Part shown: positions 27,899 through 38,013 of the stretch, piece after piece
Layout: the number at the start of each line of letters is the position of its first letter
How positions within the stretch are numbered: the first letter of the stretch is position 1
NCBI GenBank assembly: GCA_002269645.1
Contig: NIVC01000296.1
Location: forward strand, 62,001 to 126,000
From: Macrostomum lignano
Lineage: Eukaryota
Reading direction: 5' to 3'
Length of the DNA: 64,000 nucleotides
Translations under genes and position numbers: made by a program
The notes under the pieces: generated by a model
Database searches by the model: none
What the model was told of the DNA's origin: nothing
The model's input: the letters and a program-made list of their open reading frames with translations, nothing else

Positions 27899-30800
27899 CC
27901 CGCTCCTGCCGGAAGCAGTGAGGCACAACATCCAGGTGCATGCCCTTGGCCTCGGGCCAACGCTCGTACTTCTTGTCGAGCACTTCGCCGCTGCAGCTGT
28001 ACCAGCCGGAGTTCAGCACCGTCAGGTTGGCCAGCGTCACCTTCAGGATGCCGTCCTGACTGCGGCCCGAGGCGATGACGAAGCGGGAGCCGATCCAGAG
28101 GCCCGAGCTGCTGTTCAGGGAGTAGCTGCCCAGGACAGTGGCTGATGGTGGGGAAAAATTGCGAATGGGATTTTCAACGGAACGGTCTTGAGATTTGCGG
28201 CCTGGGCTTCTTGACTAGGGCTACGGCTTTGTGTGAATTTATGGGAGACAATGATATGCTGGGAGATTAGAGAAAGGAATCGGAACCCTGAGATTAGACT
28301 CAGGAAGGGAATCGGGATCCTGAGATTAGACTCAGAATGGGAATCGGGATCCTGAGATTAGACTCCGGATGGGAATCGGGATCCTGAGATTAGACTCAGG
28401 ATGGGAATCGGGATCCTGAGATTAGACTCAGAATGGGAATCGGGATCCTGAGATGAGATTCGATCAGGGTTAGATTCGGGATCCCATTAGATCCCTATAG
28501 ACGCATAGTTGCTAAGGCGTGGCCTTATCTGATGGACATGCTCAGGCACTTAACAAGAGAATAGCAAGGGATCCTGGCCTAAAAGTACTTAGATAGAGAC
28601 TCAGTCAGCAGCAGTTACCGTTGGCATCGAAGTCAGCAGCAGCGGGCAGGAACCGGATTTGCATCTTGGCGAAGCTGGGCCTGATGTGGCACACCAGGGT
28701 GAGGCTGGACCCGGTGCACTTGCTGGTGTTGCTGCTGAAGCTGATTGTCGGGATCCGCAGCTCCTGGGGCCACACGCGCCGAGGCGGCTTCGTCGACAGC
28801 GGAGGCGATGTTGTCGGACCGTTGGCGGACGGGGCGACGGCGCGCGGGGCGTAGGGAACCAATGCGAAGGGAACTGACAGGGAACGAAAGGGCGGCGTCT
28901 TAAAAGCCAGCGAGGCGTTAAGCCGAACTTCGCAGCTGAAAATGGACAGGATCTGAGTAGAGTATAGGATGCACCTCAGGGTAAAAGGGACCAGGAGACA
29001 AGGGACCAGGAGACAAGGGACCAGGAGACAAGGGACCAGGAGACAAGGGACCAGGAGACAAGGGACCAGGAGACAAGGGACCAGGAGACAAGGGACCAGG
29101 AGACAAAGGACCAGGGGACAAGGGACCAGGAGACAAGGGACCAGGAGACAAGGGACCAGGAGACAAGCGACCAGGAGACAAGGGACCAGGAGACAAGGGA
29201 CCAGGAGACAAGGGACCAGGAGACAAAGGACCAGGGGACAAGGGACCAGGAGACAAAGGACCAGGGGACAAGGGACCAGGAGACAAGGGACCAGGAGACA
29301 AGGGACCAGGGGACAAGGGACCAGAAGACAAGGGACCAGGAGACAAGGGACCAGAAGACAAGGGACCAGGAGACAAGGGACCAGGGGACAAGGGACCAGG
29401 GGACAAGGGACCAGGGGACAAGGGACCAGAAGACAAGGGACCAGGAGACAAGGGACCAGGGGACAAGGGACCAGGGGACAAGGGACCAGGGGACAAGGGA
29501 CCAGGGGACAAGGGACCAGGGGACAAGGTGTTGTGGGTGAAACAAAATTTCCCCATATACATTTATTTACATGACTGCGCAAATGTTAATATGAAAAGGT
29601 CGAACGAACCCAACTAGAAAGGAACAAAATAAAAATGAATTGAGAGCTGAGCTCAGCGTCAATGAGCCATGCATATATTGAAGGATTAAAGCCAAAGTAC
29701 AACACAAGGGACCAGGAGACAAGGGACCAGGAGACAAGGGACCAGGAGACAGGGGACCAGAAGACAAGGGACCAGGGGACAAGGGACCAGGGGACAAGGG
29801 ACCAGGGGACAAGGGACCTGGAGACAAAGGACAAGGGACCAGGGGACAGTCAGACCGAACAGGATAGGACAACCAAAGCTAAGGCCAACCTGATTACTGA
29901 AAACTGCTAAATACAATTCCTATGGATGCAAGGAATTAGTTAAAGAGGCTGGACAATGGACTCACCTGTAGATCCCAATCGTGTCCCTGGTGACTTGAAT
30001 CTGCACACTTGATTTGTAGCACTCCAGACGGTTCTGCAGCTCCCTGGGGATGCTGAACACTCCCAGATCATCTGGCTGGCAGGGCACCTGTAGAATCGAA
30101 CTCGGGCCCACCGGCTCGATTGGCGGCTGCAGACGGCGCCTCCCGTTGGACTCCTGCAGCCAGCGGACACTCGGGGGTGCCGCCGGCGTGGCTGCAGAGG
30201 ACGGCCTCAGGACCAGCAGCCTGAAGTTTAGCCTCGATGGAGCGTTCAGAGAGCGTAGCTGGTTATAGAAATCACTTTTGCGAGACAGGTAGGCTCTGCC
30301 AGGGCCCCGCTTCATCTCAGCTGAGCTGGCCTGGCGCAACAATTCCCTGATTAGAGGCGGATGGACAGGTAGCAGCCTCCGCGTGCTGGGATACATGTCG
30401 ACGTCCACTGCGATGGTGGTGCTGGCCTGGACGGGACAGGCTCGGAGGGTTTGGCCGGGCTGGCACAGACTGCAGGTGTAGGTGCCGGCCAGCTCAGGTG
30501 TTACTAGAGACATGATGAGCTCGCTCTTCTTGCTGTGAGTTTGCTGCTTCAGCCCGAGATATGGACTCCAGCTGCGGAGGGTGAGACAGGGGGTCCACAG
30601 GTAAAACTCCAAATATAGCTTGTAATACGGATCAGGGAAAGTAGGGAAACTAATTTGCAAGCTTTAGGCTTAAATTTCATCGCCTGCGAAAGGCGCCTTT
30701 AATAAGTAATACTTCATAAATAAAAAATAGGCAAGTTCTGTTTCTAAACTGCCGAGGCAAATGAAGATAAGATCCCATTCAGATCGCGAGGCGAGTTCAG

Positions 30801-31975
30801 ATCCCAAGGCCAGATCCCGGGGCGAGTTCAGATCCCATTCCCAAAGCCAGATCCCGGGGTGAGTTCAGATCCCAAGGCCAGATCCCGGGGCGAGTTCAGA
30901 TCCCATTCCCAAAGCCAGATCCCGGGGCGAGTTCAGATCCCAAAGCCAGATCCTGGGGCGAGTTCAGATCCCAAGGCCAGATCCCGGGGCGAGTTCAGAT
31001 CCCAAAGCCAGATCATGGGGCGAGTTCAGATCCCAAGGCCAGATCCCGGGGCGAGTTCAGATCCCAAAGCCAGATCCTGGGCGGGTTCAGATCCCAAAGT
31101 CAGATCCCGGGGCGAGTTCAGATCCCAAGGCGAGTTCAGATCCCAAAGCCAGATCCCGGGGCGAGTTCAGATCCCAAAGCCAGATCCCGGGGCGAGTTCA
31201 GATCCCATTCCCAAAGCCAGATCCCGGGGTGAGTTCAGATCCCAAGGCCAGATCCCGGGGCGAGTTCAGATCCCATTCCCAAAGCCAGATCCCGGGGCGA
31301 GTTCAGATCCCAAAGCCAGATCCTGGGGCGAGTTCAGATCCCAAGGCCAGATCCCGGGGCGAGTTCAGATCCCAAAGCCAGATCATGGGGCGAGTTCAGA
31401 TCCCAAGGCCAGATCCCGGGGCGAGTTCAGATCCCAAAGCCAGATCCTGGGGCGGGTTCAGATCCCAAAGTCAGATCCCGGGGCGAGTTCAGATCCCAAG
31501 GCGAGTTCAGATCCCGGTGCGAGTTCAGATCCAAGGCGAGTTCAGATCCCAAGGCCAGATCCCGTGGCGAGTTCAGATCCCAAGGCCAGATCCCAGGGCC
31601 AGATCCCAAGGCCAGATCCCGGAGCGAGTTCAGATCCCAAGGCCAGATCCCGGGGCGAGTTCAGATCCCAAGGCCAGATCCCAAAGCCAGATCCCGGGGC
31701 GAGTTCAGATCCCAAGGCCAGATCCCGGGGCGAGTTCAGATCCCAAAGTCAGATCCCGGGGCGAGTTCAGATCCCAAGGCCAGATCCCGGGGCGAGTTCA
31801 GATCCCAAAGTCAGACACAGAAAGTGACAGACTTACAAATGCGAGCTGTTTTCTTCGCCAAGCGCCATCGAAGACCCATCCGAGCCGAACTGGATCGGCG
31901 CTCCATCCTTTGACCAGCGGACGGCCTCCTTGCCGACTCTGCAGCGTCTCACTTTGCAAACAATAGCGGCGTTGG
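27899..31975 (-). CDS. Multi-exon immunoglobulin-domain protein (approximate limits)
   Basis: Ig motifs AIVCKV...VRWSKDG (~31837-31975), LAGTYTCSL (~30088-30640), LTLVCHI (~28618-28935) and [18 protein letters not shown] (27899-28141). Some splice phases are unresolved. Confidence 0.6.
28985..29850 (+). repeat. 15-bp minisatellite in two blocks (28985-29527, 29704-29850)
   Basis: GGGACCAGGAGACAA units. Confidence 0.95.
30775..31812 (+). repeat. ~32-bp minisatellite in an Ig-gene intron
   Basis: GCGAGTTCAGATCCCAAGGCCAGATCCCGGGG units. Confidence 0.95.
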
Positions 31976-33033
31976 TAAAATAATTAACAAAAGATGAATT
32001 GTCGCTAATTCTGAGACTGCATCCTTCCAGACGTGGCAGCAGCAATAGGCTTGCTGCAGTCGCTGTTGAAAGCGGTGGATTGTGGGTTTGTGAAATTTAG
32101 CGACGCATTCATAGAATTTAGCTCATACGATGACAGTAAAAGAAAACAGTATCGAGAAGGCATGCATACAAAGGCATATAGCTGTCCAGGTGCAAAGCAT
32201 GTCGAAAAACAAAGCTTGCAGCGTTTTTGCCATAGACAACTAAGGAATGTGCAGTAGCCAAGCGATATGCGTACGGAGGCTTCGCGGAGTGAAATTGTGC
32301 ACCCCAAATTTAAGACAGCATTCGAGCAATCCATGGTTTTATTTGTCCATGGGTCAAAAAAGCATCAATTTTGTCAAGCTCAGCCACATGTAGGTATATG
32401 AGATTGATCGACACGATAGCACCTGACAATTCAATTCAGACTCCACCTTATGAGCTTAAGTTTACATAAAAGTCCCAAATTTTCATCTTTGCTTGCTCTC
32501 TCCTATCCCAGGTCCAGTTTTTGTCACTTTTTTTGCCAAATCCAGCTTCCTGGTGTCACTGTGACCAAAATGACGTATCATTTGTGTACATAGGTTACTT
32601 TAGGTTCACTTTATGAGCTTAATTAAGTTGACAGGCCCTTTTAAAATCATGCACAAAATTCCGGAACGCGGCTCGAACTTACCTAATAAAGCTTTCAAAA
32701 CTAGCAAGTTCATGTCGGACCCAATTTAATCCAGATCGATTTAATAGCTATTGCGGATAACAGTTTTATTCTTAATGGAAGAAAATTTATATTTACTTAC
32801 TTCCTAATTCTTAGCGTCATATATACGTGCTACATGTATACATCTTTGAAGACACTGCAGGCGGAAATGCACAGTAATCGCAGTTTACACCAAAGCCCAC
32901 ATCTACATCTAATAGCTATCCATAGAAATCCGACGTACTGCTGTATATGAAAGTTACGTACAATTAAAGTTAAGATTGGATCGCAAAACAGATAGACGCA
33001 TAGATACACGTGAAAGCAGCTAACCTTCTTGAC

Positions 33034-33575
33034 ACTACGTAGTGTGCAGAAAGTTGTTGATTTTGGAGGTGAGGTGGGTGTCAGAGCCAATGCAAATTCA
33101 GCGCCTATCTAAATACATTAGACCAATTCTAATTGGTCCAGAGTCATTATGTGAGATATGCATGTAACTCTCATGTAAATCTAATTATACATGTAATCAG
33201 TGTACACTGTGTCGTACAGAAGCGACGACCAGTACAATATAGTACGCATAATTAGCGCTCCGCAGTTGTTGTACGCAGAAACGCGCGCGCCCCCAGCCCC
33301 GCACAATGCAGCATTGGTGTAGCGCAGAATTAACTGTCCATATTAACTGTCCATATACCAAAAATTGGCAGAATTAGAGCGCCCACCCACCCCATAACTG
33401 GCCATATTATTACTTGTCCATATTTACTGTCCATCCCAAAATTGGTGTACACGCAGAATTGTAGCGCCCACCCATCCAAGAAAATATTCTGTCGCCTCTC
33501 ACAATTAATTGGAGGCCCCGCGCGGAGGCATGATGAGTCAGTCAGCCAGTAAATCGCCGCTGTCCACCCCTCTGC
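33034..33575 (+). repeat. Left terminal inverted repeat of the Polinton
   Basis: 33034-~33470 is the reverse complement of ~42390-42825 with 5 mismatches by manual comparison. After an indel, 33514-33575 again matches 42221-42282. Confidence 0.95.
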
Positions 33576-33830
33576 CCTGCGCTGGCCGCTATAGCTACCA
33601 GCAGTGTTACGCAACAACCCGGTCGAGCCACAATGCTAACTTTATAGCCAGACACGTCATCAAGGTGGGAAAACACAAACTTCTATGCATGAAATATTCT
33701 CGTAAATGCCAAACCAACTTTGTTCAGACAGCAAACTATAAATAAGAAAATTTGGATTCTCGGCCGTTTATCTAAATTCACCAAGTTCAATTAACAACCC
33801 AATCATTGGAAAACGCAGTGTTTGACAAGC

Positions 33831-34775
33831 AATTTTTGGTTGCCAAAGCACAAGAGGATCAGACCGACAAAGCATGAACTGCCAACAACTTGGAACAAGG
33901 ATTTCAACACCTCCAACGCCAGCACCGAAAATAGGCACAAAAGGCTCATTTTTCTGGAATCCTTGATAACGACAACACCGTAAAAAGCTCGTTAACATGT
34001 AATTAAAACAAAAACTTATTGAGACTCTCGGGTATATAAGCACCAACCCGGGGCACCAAGCACCCGTACCTGCAAAATTTTCTCGGATTCTCGGCAGTTT
34101 TTCAAGCTCAAATAACACCCCCACCACTAGTGCGAACAACGCAGCAAGTGCTGACAAGAAATGAGCTGGATTTCCAGAGACTACCCCCTATTATCGAACG
34201 AGGAAAAAGACGAATATCAGGCCTTGAAAAAATCTGCTGACTGGTTGTGCATTTGCCACAGCAAACCGATTTCCGAGCGATTAGTCACCTTCAATGCCAA
34301 GGTCGAGGAAATTGATCAAGGCCCCTACGACAGCCAAGACTACGCAGCAGCCAGGATAAATGAGCAACTACGGGACAAAATGAGATTCAAAGCTGATTTA
34401 GCACGAATGGAGAGATTACTGGCTCCGATACTAAGTGAAGAGCATCGCCAAAAATACGTTTTCGGAACCATCAAGATCTGTATAATCCGTCGTGGGAGGA
34501 GCAACAAAAGATTTGGAATTTTTGGTTGCCAAAGCACAAGAGGAACAGGCCGCCAAAGCTTGAACTACCAGCAACTTGGAGCAAGGATTTCAGCACACCT
34601 CCAACGCCAGCACCCGAAAATAGGAACAAAAGGTTCATTTTTTCCGGAATCCTCGATAACGACAACTCTGTAAAAAGCTCGTTATCGTGTAATTAAAACA
34701 AAAACTTATTGAGACTCTCGGGTATATAAGCACCAGCCCGGAGCATCTGCAAGCGCCCGTACCTGCAAATTTTTC
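33831..34775 (+). promoter_or_regulatory. Two diverged ~250-bp direct repeats (33831-34082, 34517-34775), each ending in a TATATAAG box upstream of an ORF
   Basis: Both share AATTTTTGGTTGCCAAAGCACAAGAGGA...GTAATTAAAACAAAAACTTATTGAGACTCTCGGGTATATAAGCACC. TATA boxes at 34033 and 34723; ATGs at 34161 and 34792. Confidence 0.8.
34161..34673 (+). CDS. Polinton ORF1, unknown function (170 aa; C-terminal part runs into repeat copy 2)
   Basis: ATG-initiated ORF downstream of a TATA box inside the element; no recognisable motif. Confidence 0.5.
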   Translation: MSWISRDYPLLSNEEKDEYQALKKSADWLCICHSKPISERLVTFNAKVEEIDQGPYDSQDYAAARINEQLRDKMRFKADLARMERLLAPILSEEHRQKYVFGTIKICIIRRGRSNKRFGIFGCQSTRGTGRQSLNYQQLGARISAHLQRQHPKIGTKGSFFPESSITTTL

Positions 34776-34791
34776 TAAACAGACAAGAGAC

Positions 34792-35544
34792 ATGGAGACA
34801 GTGCAAGACTTCAACTGCGTCAAGCGAGAGCTGCTGGCACTCAAACCGCGAGGTCCGAGCTTCAACGGGGTTGAAACGTTTGACATTGAATATGACAAAC
34901 AGGGACCTCTCTACTTGGCCAATGCGGTCCCTGTTTTGATCGTCAAGGGCGTGCGTACTGACAACGAAGGTCGCGAATTCATCATCATTGCACAAAAACA
35001 CATTGAAAGCTGCATACCCTACACTTTCAACACTGTGGCGGAGCACCTTTCCAGCGAAAGTCTAGCTCTGCTGGGCTACAACCCAGCGTTTGGAGGTGAC
35101 AGTGCAGCGTTTGGGCTGGCTCACGACTTTAAAATGTACGACCAAAACGGACTGCCTGTAGAGGATTACAAAAACAAGAGCGGCTACTACAGGATTCTGT
35201 TTACTCTCGACACGGCCGTGATTCGAGACGCTGTTTTGACCGCAATGCCAAAAATTCAACAGCTACAGTTTGTCGAAGAAGCCAAACAGGCATTCGATCG
35301 TTGCTATTGGACGCCACCTCCAAAAATCAAGGTAGGCGCCAAGAAAGTAAGCAAGAAAGCAAAGAAACCACCAAAGCTTGTCAAGGAGAAGCAGCCAAAG
35401 GTGCCTAAAAATCAGGCCAGAAAGCGACAGCATCAATCGAAACTAGTAGCAGCCAACGAATCAAAGAAGCGGTCGAAAGCCCCCAAGAAGGATACGAAAG
35501 TAAAAACTGCCGAAAAATCTACTTGCAGAACGTCGAGTGTGTGA
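34792..35544 (+). CDS. Polinton ORF2 (250 aa), possible OB-fold ssDNA-binding protein with Lys-rich tail
   Basis: ORF after a TATA box. FKMYDQNGLPV...YYRILFTLDTAVIRDAVLTAMPKIQQLQF resembles the beta-strand pattern of viral (T7 gp2.5/NCLDV-type) SSBs. The functional call is tentative. Confidence 0.55.
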   Translation: METVQDFNCVKRELLALKPRGPSFNGVETFDIEYDKQGPLYLANAVPVLIVKGVRTDNEGREFIIIAQKHIESCIPYTFNTVAEHLSSESLALLGYNPAFGGDSAAFGLAHDFKMYDQNGLPVEDYKNKSGYYRILFTLDTAVIRDAVLTAMPKIQQLQFVEEAKQAFDRCYWTPPPKIKVGAKKVSKKAKKPPKLVKEKQPKVPKNQARKRQHQSKLVAANESKKRSKAPKKDTKVKTAEKSTCRTSSV

Positions 35545-36002
35545 ACCGAGTGTTTTGCGCGAAATGGAGCCGCATGCCTGACTTGGACTGGGCGAACGCA
35601 CGGACATTTCGCAGACCAAGAGCTCTTATCAATTTGCGAATAGGAAAATGTACAATCAACTTTTTTCAGCGTTCTTTGTCTGCAATTGTATTCGGTTGTC
35701 GCTCAGTCAACCAAGTTTTGCGTCTTTTTCCTCAATGTAAACCAATTTCTGTTGTTGTTACCACTAGTACTTACCGCGCTGAAGTAGACAGATGGCCAAA
35801 CTTTTTCCAAATTGCATACTCCGGGTCCCGCTGGGTGAAGTGGGAGTGTGAAGTTTTCAATGGAATAGTAATAAAGTCTCCATTTCGCAATGCTAAATGT
35901 TTATTATGCGGAAAGAATGGCCGCCTTGTTTTCCTTGGAATACGAAACTTTAAAGAGCTCTGTCAAATGTACGATCATGTGACTAGCGTTTTGCATGTCT
36001 AA
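35523..36002 (+). CDS. Compact TATA-binding protein (TBP)-like protein encoded by the Polinton
   Basis: LQNVECVN ~ TBP [41 protein letters not shown] ~ [45 protein letters not shown]...[27 protein letters not shown] ~ [12 protein letters not shown]...[27 protein letters not shown]. Both TBP repeats are present with TBP-like spacing. First ATG is at 35574. Confidence 0.75.
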   Translation: [159 protein letters not shown]

Positions 36003-36142
36003 TCCATGTAGCTGTTGCGTAACTTTACTGCTTTACCACTGTACCGAATTTGTATGTACGTACAAGCTGCTATGAAATGGTCTATAAATATATTGTGCAT
36101 AAATTGCAGTGCACTGCAACCAACATCTTTTTGCTAAACAAA

Positions 36143-36499
36143 ATGACAAACGGAATCTCCAGACTATGTTCTTGTCGCGGCGAGCTCGCAGAGCTCGCCA
36201 AAGCCCGTCCCACTCTTCGGCGGTTCATTATTCGAGGTGCAGGCAAGGAACTGATTCATTGTCTCTGTGAATTGAGTCACAACGTGCTCCGGGGAAATAT
36301 CGATCTTTCTCCGAAACAGTATCTGCGATTAAAGCGATACAGAAGATCGTTGCGTGAATTGGCAGACACAAAATTGTCTATAAATAGGAAGAAGAATATG
36401 CTTCTCTCGAATCCTCAAGTCGGTGGCTTTCTACCCATCCTTGCATCTGTTGCTGCACCGCTAATATCAAGCCTGTTTGGCGGACTACTTGGTCGCTAA
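36143..36499 (+). CDS. Polinton basic core protein with adenovirus pX-like C-terminus
   Basis: 118 aa, Arg/Lys-rich (LCELSHNVLRGNIDLSPKQYLRLKRYRRSLR). Ends QVGG|FLPILASVAAPLISSLFGG, like adenoviral pX MRGG|ILPLLIPLIAAAIG. Confidence 0.7.
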   Translation: MTNGISRLCSCRGELAELAKARPTLRRFIIRGAGKELIHCLCELSHNVLRGNIDLSPKQYLRLKRYRRSLRELADTKLSINRKKNMLLSNPQVGGFLPILASVAAPLISSLFGGLLGR

Positions 36500-36500
36500 A

Positions 36501-37154
36501 ATGAATAAATACGTTGTTGTACCAGAAGAAGAATTTAATAGACTAAGTCAAGGCGCACCCCGAGAAATTGCATCCAAAACAGAATATGAAAAACTCATTG
36601 AATACAACACTCAACTCCAAAATAAACTAAGTCAGATCAAGCAAAAGAAGAGTAATAGTTTTCCTGAACGACAACAACGTGTTTGGGACATGCTGACAGA
36701 AAGATACCCAAATTTGGAGTACAACAAGTCGTGGGAAATTGTATTTGATGGAAAAACCTGGCCAGGAAGCAATATTTTCGATCTATTGAAGGAGATTACA
36801 TCGAATAAAAGGCGTGACCGCCCAAGCCCAAAATATAGTACCGCTTTTTGGGCCCTGGCCGAAGAGGCAGATATTGCAAAAGCTCTACTAGGACGACGCC
36901 AACAAGAAGAAGTCAGTGTGAAAAAAGAAGTCGGCACAGATCCGGATCGAGACGATTTTTTAGTCGAGCAAGCAATTGGAACTAATGATTTCTACAACGA
37001 CTTCCACAAAGACCAAGCCAGTGGCCTGAATGAAATTAAAAAATATGAAGATCGTGGCAGCAATGCCTACAGGCATGCTTCATACCAACTTCGCGAACCA
37101 AAGAGGCGGCAGAAACCAGCAGTAAAATACGAGACGTTAAAAAACTATAAATAG
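36501..37154 (+). CDS. Conserved Polinton/adintovirus protein of unknown function
   Basis: 217 aa from the ATG at 36501. EIVFDGKTWPGSNIFDLL...P...AFW matches a motif I recall in Maverick ORFs adjacent to the pX-like gene. Confidence 0.6.
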   Translation: MNKYVVVPEEEFNRLSQGAPREIASKTEYEKLIEYNTQLQNKLSQIKQKKSNSFPERQQRVWDMLTERYPNLEYNKSWEIVFDGKTWPGSNIFDLLKEITSNKRRDRPSPKYSTAFWALAEEADIAKALLGRRQQEEVSVKKEVGTDPDRDDFLVEQAIGTNDFYNDFHKDQASGLNEIKKYEDRGSNAYRHASYQLREPKRRQKPAVKYETLKNYK

Positions 37155-37287
37155 AAATCATTTTCATGATTTATAATCTGTTTTTGGATCATGGGTGCCG
37201 CAGCTGTAACTTCAAAGCTTTGCTCAGACAAACCGTCTGTGGAGTTCAAGTGTAATTACTCATGCTGTGCATCGACTCTAGTTGCGA

Positions 37288-37979
37288 ATGAGGGTGAAAA
37301 CCGCTCTTCGGAGAGTGTACGAACAGGGGGACGCCGCTTTTACAAATGCTGCCCGTGTATATCAGGAGGCCAAACGGCTGGTCCCCTCCCTGACGAGACG
37401 CCAAACCGACGAATGGCTGAAGACCCAATCGAGCTACACCCGGCACAAGAGGGTTAAAAGAAAATTCCGAACCGGAAAAGTAATGTCGGGAGGCTTCATG
37501 GAAACTGTGCAAGCGGATTTGATGGACATGTCGCGATACGAACAATGGAATGATGGTCATCGATATATTCTAGTTGCAATTGACGTGCTTAGCAAATTGG
37601 CTTTTTGCCAGCCAATAAAATTGAAAAGCGACACTCCAAAGGCTTTTGAAAGCATGATCAAAGACTTCCCCATTAAGCCTTTATATCTACACGTTGATCG
37701 AGGTACCGAGTTTTATAACAATCGCATGCAGAACTTACTGAAAGCCAATAATATCAAAATGTACAGTACAAACTCTGTATACAAGGCAAATATGGCTGAA
37801 AGGCTGATTAGGACTCTCCGAAAACGGTTCGACCGGACCGCTTTGTTATAGACAAAATTCTGCGTCGCAATGTCGTCATCAATGGTGTTGCTCATCATTT
37901 CGCTAGTTGGCGCGGCTATCCCGAGTCGTTCAATGCATTTGTACGAGTTGAGGAAGTTATAAATATAAGACAAGGATGA
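37288..37979 (+). pseudogene. Retroviral-like (rve) integrase with internal deletion and out-of-frame C-terminal chromodomain
   Basis: DDE triad: YILVAIDVLSK, LHVDRGTEF, MAERLIRTL; stop at 37849-37851. Another frame (37833-37979) reads FVIDKILRRNVVINGVAHHFASWRGYPESFNAFV, a chromodomain-like sequence. Confidence 0.88.
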
Positions 37980-38013
37980 ACACACATACACTCGAAACGT
38001 GTAGTATATTACA

